Positions 1-12,823 of a DNA stretch of 64,000 bases are shown here, piece by piece. Each line of letters starts with the position of its first letter. The stretch's first letter is position 1. The notes under the pieces were generated by a model. It did not search any database. It saw only the letters and a list, made by a program, of their open reading frames with translations, and was not told the origin of the DNA. A program made the translations under genes and the position numbers. This DNA is from Octopus vulgaris (lineage: Eukaryota): positions 141,670,001-141,734,000 of the forward strand of contig OX597815.1 of assembly GCA_951406725.2 (NCBI GenBank), read 5' to 3'.

Positions 1-109
1 AATATCTTTTGATAAGCATAACAAATGTGCAACTGGTAAAAAGAACTTTCACCTAATTAAATACACTCTCCCTTGCTTAAATTATTTTGTCAACATTTTC
101 TTCATTTCC

Positions 110-113
<4 letters not shown>

Positions 114-160
<47 letters not shown>

Positions 161-180
161 TCATCATCATCATCATCATT
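114..180. repeat. (TA)n followed by (CAT)n microsatellite
   Basis: Directly visible; representative of dozens of (TA)n/(CA)n/(TACA)n tracts in the window. Confidence 0.97.
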
Positions 181-1012
181 GTCGTTATCATCTGGATGGA
201 GTCCGAAAGAATGAGTACCTCTGTTCAAAAATATGTTCTGGTGCCAACTAAAATTCTTCACGTGGTGGCCCCAGGTTTTGTAGTGAATATTTTGTAAAAA
301 ATCAAAGGGGTTATGTACATCAGGTTGTCTGAAAATTATGATTATGATGTTCGTGACATTTTAAGGAAAACCTAAAGCAATATATTTTTAATCTAGTTTT
401 CTTGAAGTTACAATCGCAGGAAAAGCATAAACAGAACTATATTCACTTCCATTGAACATACAATGTGGGCGGTATATTTCATTTTGAACGGAATGGCCAT
501 TATCTTCTTGGTTTTAAATGAGATATATGAATGAGAATTTTTCTTTTCTGTGAACATCTCACTACATGTCTTTTTATAACCCTCTATCCTTCTTTCTCTC
601 TCCCTCGCTCCTTTTCCCTCTATCTCTCTATATATATATGTGTGTGTGTGTGTGTGAATGCATGTGTCTGCGAGCGCGGGTATGTGTGCGTGATTGCGTG
701 CGTGCGTATGCTTGCGCGTGTGTGTGTCTATGGAAATAAATAGCAGCAGAATTTTAATGTAAAATGTGTATTGATATTAAGCAAAGTTTAGGACTTTAAT
801 AAGTTATGGAAGGAAGTCAATGAAATTAAATGGATTACATGCGGACAGCTTATGAAGGGTTTTTATACAGTAGAACCGATGATAACAAGTGATAATGCAC
901 TTACTTGATAAAATTTGCAAAGCATATCTTCTAGGGCTACCAATTGAGCGTCATACGCACACACATGCACATCACACTCATAACATAATATATATATATA
1001 TATATGTTTATA

Positions 1013-1073
<61 letters not shown>

Positions 1074-1077
<4 letters not shown>

Positions 1078-1597
1078 CACTCAAAATGAGGGTGAACAAA
1101 ATTGGATATTAATTTAATAATATCAATTTAAACACCAATGGCCTAGCGTATAAAAGACTGAGATTCAGTAAACATTAATAATACACAACTATGAGAGAGA
1201 ATCCACTATGTGGACGCTCTTACGCTAGATATAGATCCGCAAGGGTATCAACCGCTAAGAATTGTTCTCAAGAAATAATTCAACACAGCAAGAACGTAAG
1301 CGAGCAGGACAAATGAAAAATAACGAAAATATAGATTAACCCCATACAATTGCTTCACCGTTAATAAATTATGTAATTTTAGTTACATAAATATTTATGT
1401 AAGTAAAATTACATAATTTATTAACGGTGAAGTAATTGTGTGGGGTTAATCTATATTTTCGTTATTTTTCATATGTCCTGCTCGCTTACGTTCTTGCTGT
1501 GTTGAATTATTTCTTGAGAACAATTCTTAGTGGTTGAGTCCCTTTGCGGATCTATATCTAGCGTAAGAGCGTCCACATTGTGGATTCTCTCTCATAG

Positions 1598-1601
<4 letters not shown>
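1074..1601. mobile_element. Insert between (TA)n tracts containing a ~415 bp spacerless palindrome (foldback), probably Penelope-like derived
   Basis: Arms ~1185-1392 and 1393-~1601 are near-perfect reverse complements centred on ttacataaat|atttatgtaa; (TA)n on both sides. Element class is inferred. Confidence 0.7.
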
Positions 1602-1637
<36 letters not shown>

Positions 1638-2694
1638 TTCTAACATAAGGATAGCATTTTGTTTCAAAAACTTTTATCAATGGCGAGTATATTAAAATAC
1701 CTTTTAAGGGAAAATTTTAAACAATTATAAGTAAGGGCAGAAAAAAACAAAATCTATCCTTATAGTAGAAGAAAATTCATTACCATTTACTTCGTCACTG
1801 GTAACCACTTTTCTTGCGTTTCCTGACCGAATACACGGGTGCTGAGGTTCGCTACAGAATTTCCATTTGGATATATTTGCGGTACTTAGATGTACTCATG
1901 ACTTTGCATCTGCTTTTTCTATGGTTATATGTAAGTATTACTCTTATCATGTTCCTCGCTTACGAAGGAAGAATCCTTTTCGATTAATCCAGAAATCGGA
2001 GCGATAGGGGATAATGTTTAATTTCATTGATATATCGACGTACTTCATTAGAAAATCACTCATTGTTCTGCACTATATCTAAAGGACCGCATATCGTTTA
2101 ACATACTTAAATTATGTATTTTTATTCATGCAGCGCAGAATTGAAATAGGATATTATGTAAGTAACAATTTCACACAAATATCACACGATATAGACATTA
2201 GTTATTTCTATATCCAAATAGGTATGACTTTCAACCAAACTCGATATACAGTATTGGATGAATATCTATGGTATATTTAGAAATGCAAACGATAAAGCAA
2301 ATAAATATATTTCGACACAGGATGAAGATTTATGTGATAATTGTTGGTTCAGAAATTCTATATGCTCCCAACAAATTGCATTCAATTGCAAATTTACAAA
2401 AAACGCCTCGGGGCTAATTTGTAATAGATTTAACATCATAAGATTATGGTAAAAATATTCGCTGGAAAAGGTAACATTAGTTAAATTGACAGCCTGAAGC
2501 AATGTACGCAGAAACTGTATTCTGAATGTCAATCTACCATAATTGCTGCACTTTTGATTATGCGTCTTTATAAATCAGATGCGATTCTATGAATATTCCA
2601 CATTAACAATCTAATACCGGTTAACTAATATGACATTGATATTTTAGCATATCAATGCATAACACTTTCGTCCCTCTCACCTATTATCTCCCAG

Positions 2695-2792
2695 AATATG
2701 ATGGGTTTTACTGACCACAGCTCTTATGAAGAACAACAGACCGTATTACGGGCCACTGGAGACTCTCGTAATCTAATAGACGACGAAACAAC
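2695..2792 (+). pseudogene. Exon-like segment NMMGFTDHSSYEEQQTVLRATGDSRNLIDDET (start of an FTP/fucolectin-like repeat)
   Basis: Pyrimidine tract with cag acceptor, gtaagt donor, one open frame. Confidence 0.5.
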
Positions 2793-3519
2793 GTAAGTTA
2801 TATTGATGTCATTGGCAGAGATACATAAAATGAAATTGAAAACAGAAGTAAACTAATATTGAGCAGAGATTTCTGTCGTTGCTTCAGGAAATGCATTTTG
2901 TTTGCAGATGCGTGAAGCAGAAAGAAAGGCAAAAATGTACGCAGAAGATAATTACCTTATTTGCCTTAGATATCATCTATAAACAAACACTTGCTTGATG
3001 TTTAGAGAGTGATATCAAATTTCCTACAGGGTCTTATTGCGCATAGAATAGAATTTCTTTATGAAGCCTCAGCAACCTCGAATTTCATGTTGCTAATTCA
3101 TACACATGGACCGAATGTCTGTCATTGTGGCAAAAATAATGCTAAAAGTATCTGCAGTATTAGACAGATCAGTGCTTAGATAAGCGTTGCGGAAACATTC
3201 GCTTCCAAATCACAAGAAATTACAGATGACATAAATATGGGATTTAACTAGCAGAAACAGTAATCTCAAATAAATATATAGAAGTAATTCTTCAGGATGT
3301 TCTCACGAATGTACATAGATAGTCTTATGAAAGTGAACTAGGTTATCTAATGTTGCTGTTATGAATATGATGGGCAGCTTCAATGTAGAAATTTGTGCTG
3401 AACTACGAGTACTGCAGGAGTAAATTCAAACTAATATGCAGTTGCTCTATAAAATTAGGATGAAGGAACAAAGAGTCAAAAGAATGTTAACAATTGGAAT
3501 AATGCACTTCTTTAATGAT

Positions 3520-3810
3520 AATATTCGTCCATCATTACGTTCTGAGTTAAAATTCCACCGAGTCCGACTTTGCCTTTCAAACTTCAGGATCGATGAAATA
3601 AGTACCAGTTGAACACTGTGGTCGTTGTAATCAACTTACGTCCTCCTCGAAACTGCTGGCCTTGTGTCACAATTTGAGACAAATATTAATAATCTTATTT
3701 GTTCCGTTTTTATATTCTATATTCGATGTCGACTTTTAATTTCAAACTTTCGGGGACGATAAAATAAGCCCAGTTGCACACTGGGGTCAATGTAATCGAC
3801 TCACACTCTT
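3520..3810 (+). mobile_element. Two degraded tRNA-derived SINE fragments (family A)
   Basis: ttacgttctgagttaaaattccaccgagtccgactttgcctttca..gataaaataag..ccagtt matches the copies at 39228 and 50502. Confidence 0.75.
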
Positions 3811-4029
3811 CTTTGTTTCTTTATTATTATTTTTTGTAAATACATGCTTCACTGAATCCTTATGATAATAGTGTATAATTTTTAATAAATAAATTAGGAA
3901 ATATGTGTGTTAGTCTATCGATACTCATTAATTCCGTAGCATCCGACAAAATCCTCCGTCTCCCATCGACCCTATAGAATAAAGGATAAAGATATTTCCC
4001 GAATAATATAGATTCATAGAGGCGTATTT

Positions 4030-4203
4030 ATTCCCACTTGGAAGGGATGCCAGTCCATCGCAGGCTTACTCATTTTGGCCAACTGAGTGAACTGGAGCAA
4101 CGTGAAATATGTTGCCCCAAAACACAATTCCGTCCAGCAACTGAAATCACAATTTTTCGATTATAAGTCCAACACACTAACTACTAGGCCATGCGCTTCC
4201 TCC
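4030..4203 (-). mobile_element. tRNA-derived SINE (family C)
   Basis: Minus strand gcgcatggcctagtagttag head, cacgttgctccagttcactcag, gcgatggactggcatccc; similar to 23530-23740. Confidence 0.7.
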
Positions 4204-4242
4204 ACAAACTCTACAATTTAATAAATTTGTAGGTGAAGTATT

Positions 4243-4570
4243 GAGCACGTGGGTTAGTTGTTAGGGTGTTCGGCTCACGGTCGTAAGGTTGTGAGTTCGA
4301 TCTCTGTCGGTGCGTTGTATCTTTGGGCAAGAGACATTATTTCCCGCTGCTCTAGTCCTCTAAGCTGGTAAAAAAAACATAACTTGTAGTAGTAATACAA
4401 AGAGTCAGCCTTATTACAATCCGTGTTGTGATGAATATCCGTGAGAAATACATTAAGGGTAAACGTGTTTGTGGATTGCCCAGTGACTTGCACGTATATT
4501 TTACGAGTAGGATATTCCGTAGATAAGATCAACAGGAGCGTTAGTCGTAGTAACCGACGGAGTGCGAGTT
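4243..4570 (+). mobile_element. tRNA-derived SINE, divergently oriented to the previous one
   Basis: A-box-like gtgggttagttg, B-box-like gagttcgatctc, CORE-like ttgggcaag. Confidence 0.7.
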
Positions 4571-5253
4571 TATATATTCTATATATTCTGCGTGTGTTCA
4601 TTTGTTTAAATGTCAGAGTACAAGTGAATGAAAAATAAAATGCTTACAACAAAATAACTTTCTCCAACATAAAGGATTATATAAAGAAAAGATGATCAAT
4701 GTGAAATCCAAAGTAAATAGAACCGAACCATAACTTATAAAAATATATTTTCGTATATTCTCTTTAAAAATACAGAAAAAGTAAACAATCAAACAAACAA
4801 AAAAATTGAAATGTGCTACCAAAATTGAAAGAAGTTTTGTATCAGTTTCTTTCGTTGACCTGCAGGGAATTTGGAAGCAATCTTTTCTGTTTCATAAAAC
4901 TTTTCATCGTATTTATTTTACTCAATTCCTAATCCATTTCTACATACGTGATGTCTTCACGTTACATTCTTCTGCAGGATCATAACAAGCTACAAGAATA
5001 TCAAATTACCTACAAAACAAACAAGGATGACATACTTAATTCCTTTTGCTCCTATCTGCTTTACTAATGTTTTTGCTGTGTTCAAAGATGTTGATCTGTT
5101 TTATTTTATGGATAAATCTTTTTGAAATATCAGTCTTTGTACACGATCGTTCTTTCGTATTTTTCCACGCACGCAACACTATTTGCTTACTTTCTTTACA
5201 GTATTATCTAAGATAGCAAAACATTACTGCCTAAATAACCCCCCACTAGGAAA

Positions 5254-5331
<78 letters not shown>

Positions 5332-5419
5332 TACACTTGTTTGTGCGTTTGTGCATTTGTGTGTGTGCGTGAGCGCATTTCTGAACTTTGCCGTATTTTT
5401 TTAATTCTTTCATTCTGCA

Positions 5420-5580
5420 GCATCGCCTTGAAGACTTTTGGTAGAACAAATTAACCCCAGGAATAATTTTTTTAAGCCCAGAACTTATTATGTCGAACTA
5501 TTTTGCCAAACCGCTATGCTACGGTAACAGAAACACATCAACACTGGTTGACAAGCGGTGGTGGGGTAACAAACACATGC
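5420..5580 (-). mobile_element. SINE family B 3' fragment
   Basis: ttttgccaaaccgctatgctacgg..caacactggttgacaagcgg resembles 7010-7070. Confidence 0.6.
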
Positions 5581-5651
5581 ACGAAGACACCTACATATCC
5601 ACGCTCTCTTTCTCTCACACACAAACAAACATAACTAAATATATATACACA

Positions 5652-5832
5652 CGGGGGTGATAAAAAGTTCAGGGCTCTAAGAATGTCGCGAAAGGACTGG
5701 TTTGAGGCATGAAGGACTATTGCAATATGGGCATGAACCTGAGAGTGAAATATGTTGAAGAAAATGATAATTAACTGATCCTCCTGTATTATCTTTTATC
5801 TAAAAAGCCAGGAACTTTTAAGCCCCTACCCC
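5652..5832. mobile_element. Mariner-derived MITE (~180 bp)
   Basis: Imperfect TIRs gggggtgataaaaagttcagggct / agccaggaacttttaagcccc; non-coding. Confidence 0.65.
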
Positions 5833-6239
5833 TATATAAATTCTGCAAAAAATGAGTAATTTTTTACGTTTATAATTATTAACATTTAGACTCATCACTC
5901 TTCTACGTTTCGTCATTGAAAGCACGTATATGTATATATATATATATATATAAGCATGATTCAGTTGAATAGACACAACAATTTTTAGACGAATTCCAAC
6001 TTCGGTAAAGAAGTAGTGGGTAAATGATATTCCAGTGATGTATTTACTCAACTTAATCCAACTGACTATATTATCCGCTATTGACTAATTCAGATATGTG
6101 TATTTTATTAAATATACAGTACGTAAGGCAGTTTAGAACACGCGAGGGGTATGTTCAGAGATAGGTGAATTAGAAATACAAAAGTGTAAACTGAAGAACG
6201 GTGTCAAATTATTGCGCCCGATATGTGCTACTTCAATTG

Positions 6240-6313
<74 letters not shown>

Positions 6314-6521
6314 GTATATATATGTATAAATACATACTTGCAAACATGCAGACATTGATGCGTGCATATGCCCGGATTAGATGTGTGGAAAGAACGTTAC
6401 TTCCCAACCGTTTGCTTCCTGGCTCAGACCTACTACGGGATAATTAGGGCAAGTGCTTGTATGCATCCATACATGCATGTATCTCTCTCTTTTATTCTCT
6501 CTTACACACACCCACACGCAC

Positions 6522-6555
<34 letters not shown>

Positions 6556-6583
6556 GTGTGTGAGTGTGTGTGCATGTGTGTGG

Positions 6584-6635
<52 letters not shown>

Positions 6636-6896
6636 GAATCAGCATAAACAGCTCGGCACAATGTCATACTGTAAAAGAAAACTTGTGACTAAGATTACCG
6701 AAGCACTAACTTCGCAAGAAATATATAAAACACACTTAATTCTCTTAATTTTTGAGGTAACCGACCCATGTCCATTCCAAGAATCAACAGACTAGGCCTA
6801 GTTTTGGATACACACACACACGCACGCACACACACACAACACACACACACACACATACATACACACACATGACAGAAGTAAATAGATACGTCATAA

Positions 6897-7265
6897 AACA
6901 TCGTTTTACTTTTGACTGTGGCCATGCTGGAGCACCGCCTTTAATCGAGCAAACTTATTCTTTGTAAGAACTTATTCTTTGTAAGCCTAGTACTTATTCT
7001 ATAATCTCTTTTGCCGAATTGCTAAGTTACAGAGACGTAAACACACCAGCATCGGTTGTCAAGCGATGTTGTGGGAGACAAACACAAACATATAAACATA
7101 CACACACATACATATATACATATATACGACGGGCTTCTTTCAGTTTCCGTCAATCAAATCCACTCACAAAGCTTAGGTCGGCAGAGGCTATAATAGAAGA
7201 CACTTGCTCAAGGTGCTACGCAGTGGGAATGAACCTGGAATCAGGTGGTTGGTAAGCAAGCTACT
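6897..7265 (-). mobile_element. Composite tRNA-derived SINE (family B)
   Basis: Head gtagcttgcttaccaacc..ggttcattcccactgcg, CORE-like ccttgagcaagtgtcttc, internal microsatellite, tail ggcggtgctccagcatggccacagtc; other copies at 41391, 51040, 57210, 60468. Confidence 0.85.
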
Positions 7266-7334
7266 TTATTTCATAAAATTTGTCATATAGACAGTAGAAA
7301 GATTGTGTAGCTTTGCGGGCTGGACAAACATATG

Positions 7335-9050
7335 AATGAATGAAAATGAAATAAAATGAATAAATGAGATACGAAACCCAACACCCGCCGATTGGATTTT
7401 TCTCGAAAACATATTTTCTTTTTTTAAAACTCAATATGAGGTTTCAAACCTCTTACAAGAAGGAGGCATTAAAACCTCTTACTTAACATGTTTTTTTTTA
7501 AACACACAATTGAGTTTATAAACCACTACCAATAATACAATAAGATTAAGTTTCAAACCCTCTAACTAGGCTTTTTCACCTCCTTCTCATCGATATATCC
7601 ATCGATATATTCATCATTAACTTCAATGTCGCTTGAGTTCCTGTATCCCGCCATTTTCCTTGCCTCACTCATGTAGGACATCTAAGTCGTGTAAGGGCCA
7701 CCCGGCATATGCGACAATCATTCCCAAATCCTTTAAGCCTTTCTCACAAGGGAAGCCCTATGACCTCCACAGCTATCTTCGGAGACTATTCGGGATCCCG
7801 TGTGAAGGGCATGTCTACTGTCTCTTTATGTTCTACTATTTTTATACTTTCCCACCCTTCTAGAACAAAATCAATAATTCATCATCTTTAAGGGTGGGAG
7901 TCGATTCTTCCGCCGTGGGTGGCACAACTTCGGGACATGCAGACGCCACATCATCACCCCCTGTGATGACCCATTCATCATTCTTTCTTTTCTTTTCTTC
8001 CTGACTTCGGGAGAGTTGAGCTCTTCCGCTTTGTCCGGAGTCTCTCCCCTACCTCCCGAAGCCTTAGGGTCCTTCGGAGGGCAACTATTGTTGCCCGCCT
8101 TCTTTCTTTTTAATCCTTTTTGGGTTGAGGCGGCTGAATCCTTCTCAATCACATCCACCTCTCCTTTTGACCGGGTAGGGGAGGTGGCATCCAGTGACTG
8201 TACCAGGAACTTACCATGATCTTGGGGGCAGTTCTTCTTAATGTGGCCTAGCTGCAGGCACGAGTTACTCTTGGGAGGATGACCCTCAATTATCACAGGA
8301 TACCTGCAGCCAGCCATTTAAAGAAAAATCTGGAAAAAACAGATTTGTTGCGGCCGATGCGGTCAATAGGGTCAAAATCGCTTTTGACCCTTCCCAATCG
8401 CTCCCCGACAATACCCTTACATTTAAGAGCCTGAGCTCGCTATCCGCCAGTCCACGTCGGATGGTATATTCAAACCAACCCGCCTCGGTTCCTGGGGGCA
8501 AACCACATACCCAGGCACTTATCAATCTCCTCCCGCAATACGCCTGGAGGAACAGAATTTCGTTACCCTCTAACGGCTGACTCGCAAATGTGCAAGCCTT
8601 TTGCCGGTTGTCAAACAGCAACCATACGGTTGCATGATTGACACCACGGGATATGTATTTCACAGAGGACTAATAATATTTCACTTCATTTTCTATAACT
8701 GGTTTTGCAAAGACGGTGATGGAATCAAGAACTTTAGAATAAAGTCCTCTCCTCCATATCTTTTAACCACTGCTTAGGCGTGTTAATTTCCCACTCGAAC
8801 ACAGAGTTCTTTTTAAGTTCATTTTCTGCCATGTCCAAAAAACAGGTCAAAAGAAGTTCGAAAACCAATCCGCCAAAAAAAAAAATTAAAATCGAATAAA
8901 AATATAAGTAAAACAAAATAACAGAGAAGGTAAGGAAACTGAAATTATAATAATGAAAAGAATGAACCAAAATTTAGAAAGAAAGAAAAATGGAAGAAGG
9001 GGAAAATAAAAGAAAACCTCACAAATAGAACAAACAAGAAATCATTTGTA
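7335..9050 (-). mobile_element. ORF1-only non-LTR element (L1/Tx1-type gag-like ORF1, frameshifted)
   Basis: Consecutive minus-strand pieces MAENELKKNSV.., RRLISAWVCGLPPG, YPVIIEGHPPKSNSCLQLGHIKKNCP (zinc knuckle), basic low-complexity tail; (TTCA)n-like 3' end; no EN/RT seen. Confidence 0.6.
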
Positions 9051-9529
9051 TAATACAACAGATAATCGAATAGTCGGGGTTATTCTTGAAATACTCCAAT
9101 TATGTAAATTCCAATTTTTCTAGCGAGATACGCCCAGTAACATTTGTAAATTATTTTGCGAAAAATAGCCACACCGAAGACTTTTCAAGCAAAAATTCTT
9201 GATTCACCGTTAGTGTGATGAGAACACAATATTTTTGCTCGCTAAAGAGAGCCATAATTGACAATTTTTCTTTTTGTTCTTTTTTTCTTCTATTCACAGA
9301 GACAAAGTACGCGTCTTCTCACTCCAGACGAACTAGTGTTGCATTCTGGGTAACCGGAAGTAAGCAAGCTACTTACTGCACAGCCACAAAAATGTATATT
9401 ATATATATAAAGGCTTATATATTTTTTATTAATGGACATTTTTGTTTCAGATTCTCTATGAGACTGTTTAATCATGCCATGTGCAAAAGAAACATTGGAA
9501 GTGTCCAGATTTTAAAGAGTTCGTTTTGT

Positions 9530-10915
9530 GGGTCAATCTAAATGTAGACTTAGCGTAAGATTGCTGAAGATCTAGGGATTCTCCTTTCTCCATATAATAG
9601 AGTAGTGTTATTGCGCAATCGGAACTATCCTCTTGCAACAAAATAATACCCCAAAAAGCATTTGCTATACCAGTGCTGATCCCAACATTTGGGATACGTC
9701 ATTGGTCTGTAGAGGAAAAACAATTCCATAGATATCAAAACCCGCAAAATCCTTACAACAACTGGGAACTTCCACAGAAACAATGGTATTGAGAGGCTCT
9801 ACCTAAGAAGAAATGGAGGTGGTAAAGGCCTGAAATTAGTGCAGACGGCCTTCGAATTCCGTACGATATCGCTCAGGCAGCACCTGCTGAACAACAGCAG
9901 CAAAAATAAACATATAATTGCAGTGCTGAAAAGTGATGAGTGCACCATTGTACGAGTTGGCAGCGAGCTCCTCAATTAGCACTCTCTCCATGATGATCTC
10001 CTATGCAGTTACAAACGAACTAGGTTCTCTTACATCAGAGAAGGACTGGATGGAAAGCACTCAGCCTACTAAATGAAAAAAAAGACTATTCATGGGCATG
10101 TTGCCCGGAATCGTGAAGAAAAGAGTAGAATTGACACGAAGCGCAGCCTCTCTTAGACACAAGACCACAACGTCACACTTTGAAGGTTATGCGTTTGCAA
10201 ACCAGGATCAGTAGATTACCACAAGGGAGACAATGACGCTCTTGTAATCCAAAGGTGCAACTGCATGTATAGGCTATGTCACGTTCCTGTGGAAGACATC
10301 GCGCATGTGATTAGCAGCTGTCCTAAAATGTCGTCACAGTAATACTTACCTATGCGGCAAGATGTTATTGCAAAAATATTTTACAATGCCATCCGCAAGA
10401 AAAAATGTCCAAAAATAAACATAGAAAATCCTTCTGTTATGGTGGGATATTGCCTTCAAAGCTTCTGTCAAATGTAAACATAACAGGCCGGATATTGTTT
10501 ATCTGGGATGAGGGACAACGATATGTACCGTCATAGAAGTCAGCTACCCTGCAGATATAAATATCTCTTTGAAAATCAAAGAAAAAGAGGATATTTATGA
10601 ACAACTGCTTCGAAATCTCTAGCAGAATGTGAATTCATATTCAAACCAATAATAATTGGAACACTAGATTTTGTTAGCAAATACTTAAAGGAGAATCTGG
10701 ATAAACATATTTTCACAAAGGGATATCGACCGGCTAATTCGTGCATTACCAGTGCAATCTGTTAGTAGAATAGTAAAAAATATGTAAGACTTTCCTCAAG
10801 TTCCGAATATGAATTTGTCTGTTTTAAATACATCCTAAAGATGGAGTCTTGTATCTTTGAAGGAAACTGTCTCTTGAATAGAAGATATATAATAATCGTT
10901 CCACAAATTAGAAGA
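9530..10915 (+). mobile_element. 5'-truncated R4/Dong-type LINE with restriction-like endonuclease, decayed
   Basis: IERLYLRRNGGGKGL, HFEGYAFANQDQ, RLCHVPVEDIAHVISSCP (CCHC-like), KHNRPDIV..VIEVSYP (PD-(D/E)xK); ends in (TACA)n. Confidence 0.85.
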
Positions 10916-10961
10916 GCTACATACATACACACAGACATACATGCATACATACATCAGACAA

Positions 10962-11676
10962 GGTACCAGCTTTCATTACTAGTGATGACCTTCGAAAAAA
11001 GGTCAAGATCAACTTCCAGCTGTTCTTTCAGTTCTCAACACGCATTCAATCGTGATTGCTTTTTATCTCCCGCGAGCAAGCAAGGCACAAACTTTGCTGT
11101 AACTCTTTTCATTCGCAATTCCTCATTCAAAATTCGTTGGCAGGAGTTCCAGGATATACCAGTCATTTCAACAAGTTCGTCAATTTTTGGTCACGGTCCT
11201 CCAAGATCACTACTGTGAATTTTCATTTTGTTTTCATTCGTTCGGGAGGTCGACGATCGTTCTCAAAGCAATTAGTCTTCAAGCGACAAGTGACCATTCT
11301 TGAAGCGTGGAAACAACTTGTATTTTGTTCATAGCAGCATTCTTGTAACTTATTTGAAACATCACAGCTGTTTCAGCTGCCGTTTTCTCTAGTAGAAAAC
11401 AAAATTTCACGGAGACACACTGTCCCTACTTTTGAGCTTCCGCAAAAATCAACGAACTGGGGAGAAGAACTGCAAACCGAAGACGCAGCACGTAGCAGTA
11501 GGACTGCAAACAACGAAGCCGGTTAGCAGACTAATGCCTGAGAGTTGCGTCAAGTGGCCTCTAGCGGCGGAAGACTGAACTACAACTGGTTTGTCCCACA
11601 GAGAACATCTACGGTAACATTTTAGTACTCATTTGTATGTAAAAATCTATGATACAGATAATTGACTTTGAGTGTG
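10962..11676 (-). mobile_element. Mariner transposon, 5' half
   Basis: VKFCFLLEKTAAETAVMF, GISWNSCQRILNEELRMKRVTAKFVPCLL, FSKVITSNESW; 3' half missing. Confidence 0.85.
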
Positions 11677-12726
11677 TATAGGCAACACGTACTATTTTGA
11701 ATTGTATGTAATCTTATCGCGTCTTTTTCAAGGGGAAAGGTAATATGTTTGACTTATTCAGTGCCTTGCGTGACTTGTTTATCAATATATTTGACACCTA
11801 TGTATATCAATATAATTGGAAACAGCGGGAGTGATACAGAGGGTACTTGCAGTAAAATTTGAAACCTTCACCATTACCAGACTAATTTGTTTAAATAATG
11901 ATAAAACCATAACATACCACTCATGTACCTAACATATATAATTTGATACTAGTAAATATACCTGTAGTAGTTATCCTACGAAGGAGACTCAGTGTCTTTG
12001 GTCGATATTCTAAAAATAACTACAATAAACACTCACAAACCATACACCACTACTTTCAATAAAGAACTACACTTCAGATAATGCAGTCCCCAACAACTGA
12101 AATGCCTTTGATCGTTGTTTGTTCATTGAGGGCTGAATTGGGCCGATAATCAACGGCAGCGACAGCTATGTTTAAATAGTACAATGTGCTCTTCAGAATG
12201 GCATATCGAATTGTCAATAATGGTCGGCTTTTGTCAGGAGTTAAACAATACATTAAAAACGAAAGGATACTTGACGTAGAATAGAAAGACGTATGTATTA
12301 GAGATTTACGACGCTATTCACAACGTACAGATTAAAAACATTTCATCTATTAACAATTATGTTTTATATTCCTATTGTATGCATTGTAGCCTTTGAAAGG
12401 ATTTTCCCTGGAACTTCCATCAAAATGAACAATCGCTTCAAATACAGAATAGAATATTGTGAAGATAGGTTTTGTTTCTTTGATTCAACAATAATTTATG
12501 TCATCTTTATCTATATATTTAATCACACGCATCCATACCAGCACCCACCAGCATAAGCAGACACACAAATATGCATAGTGTGTGTATTTGTGTGTCTGCA
12601 TACTTAAATCATCACCAAGAATTTCTTAAGCCTGCAGCTTCTCATTTCTCTTGTCTATGTTTCTATTTAAACATTTTTCTCTTTTCATCTTTTGAAATTA
12701 AAGAAGTACATTTTGTCCAAAGACGC

Positions 12727-12727
<1 letters not shown>

Positions 12728-12823
<96 letters not shown>
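12728..12823. repeat. (TATC)n microsatellite
   Basis: Directly visible; similar arrays near 15240-15353, 31105-31163 and 52428-52484. Confidence 0.97.

Noticed and set aside
6636-6795. GIY-YIG endonuclease tail (KITEAL) in ORF 6457-6795
   Set aside because: Motif too short and no other conserved residues; kept only as an unclassified insert
6952-6985. Short tandem duplications (also ~61660-61690 and ~63147-63168)
   Set aside because: Ordinary slippage duplications with no sign of function
12728-12823. CRISPR-like or satellite array
   Set aside because: Simple tetranucleotide repeat with no spacers, in eukaryotic context
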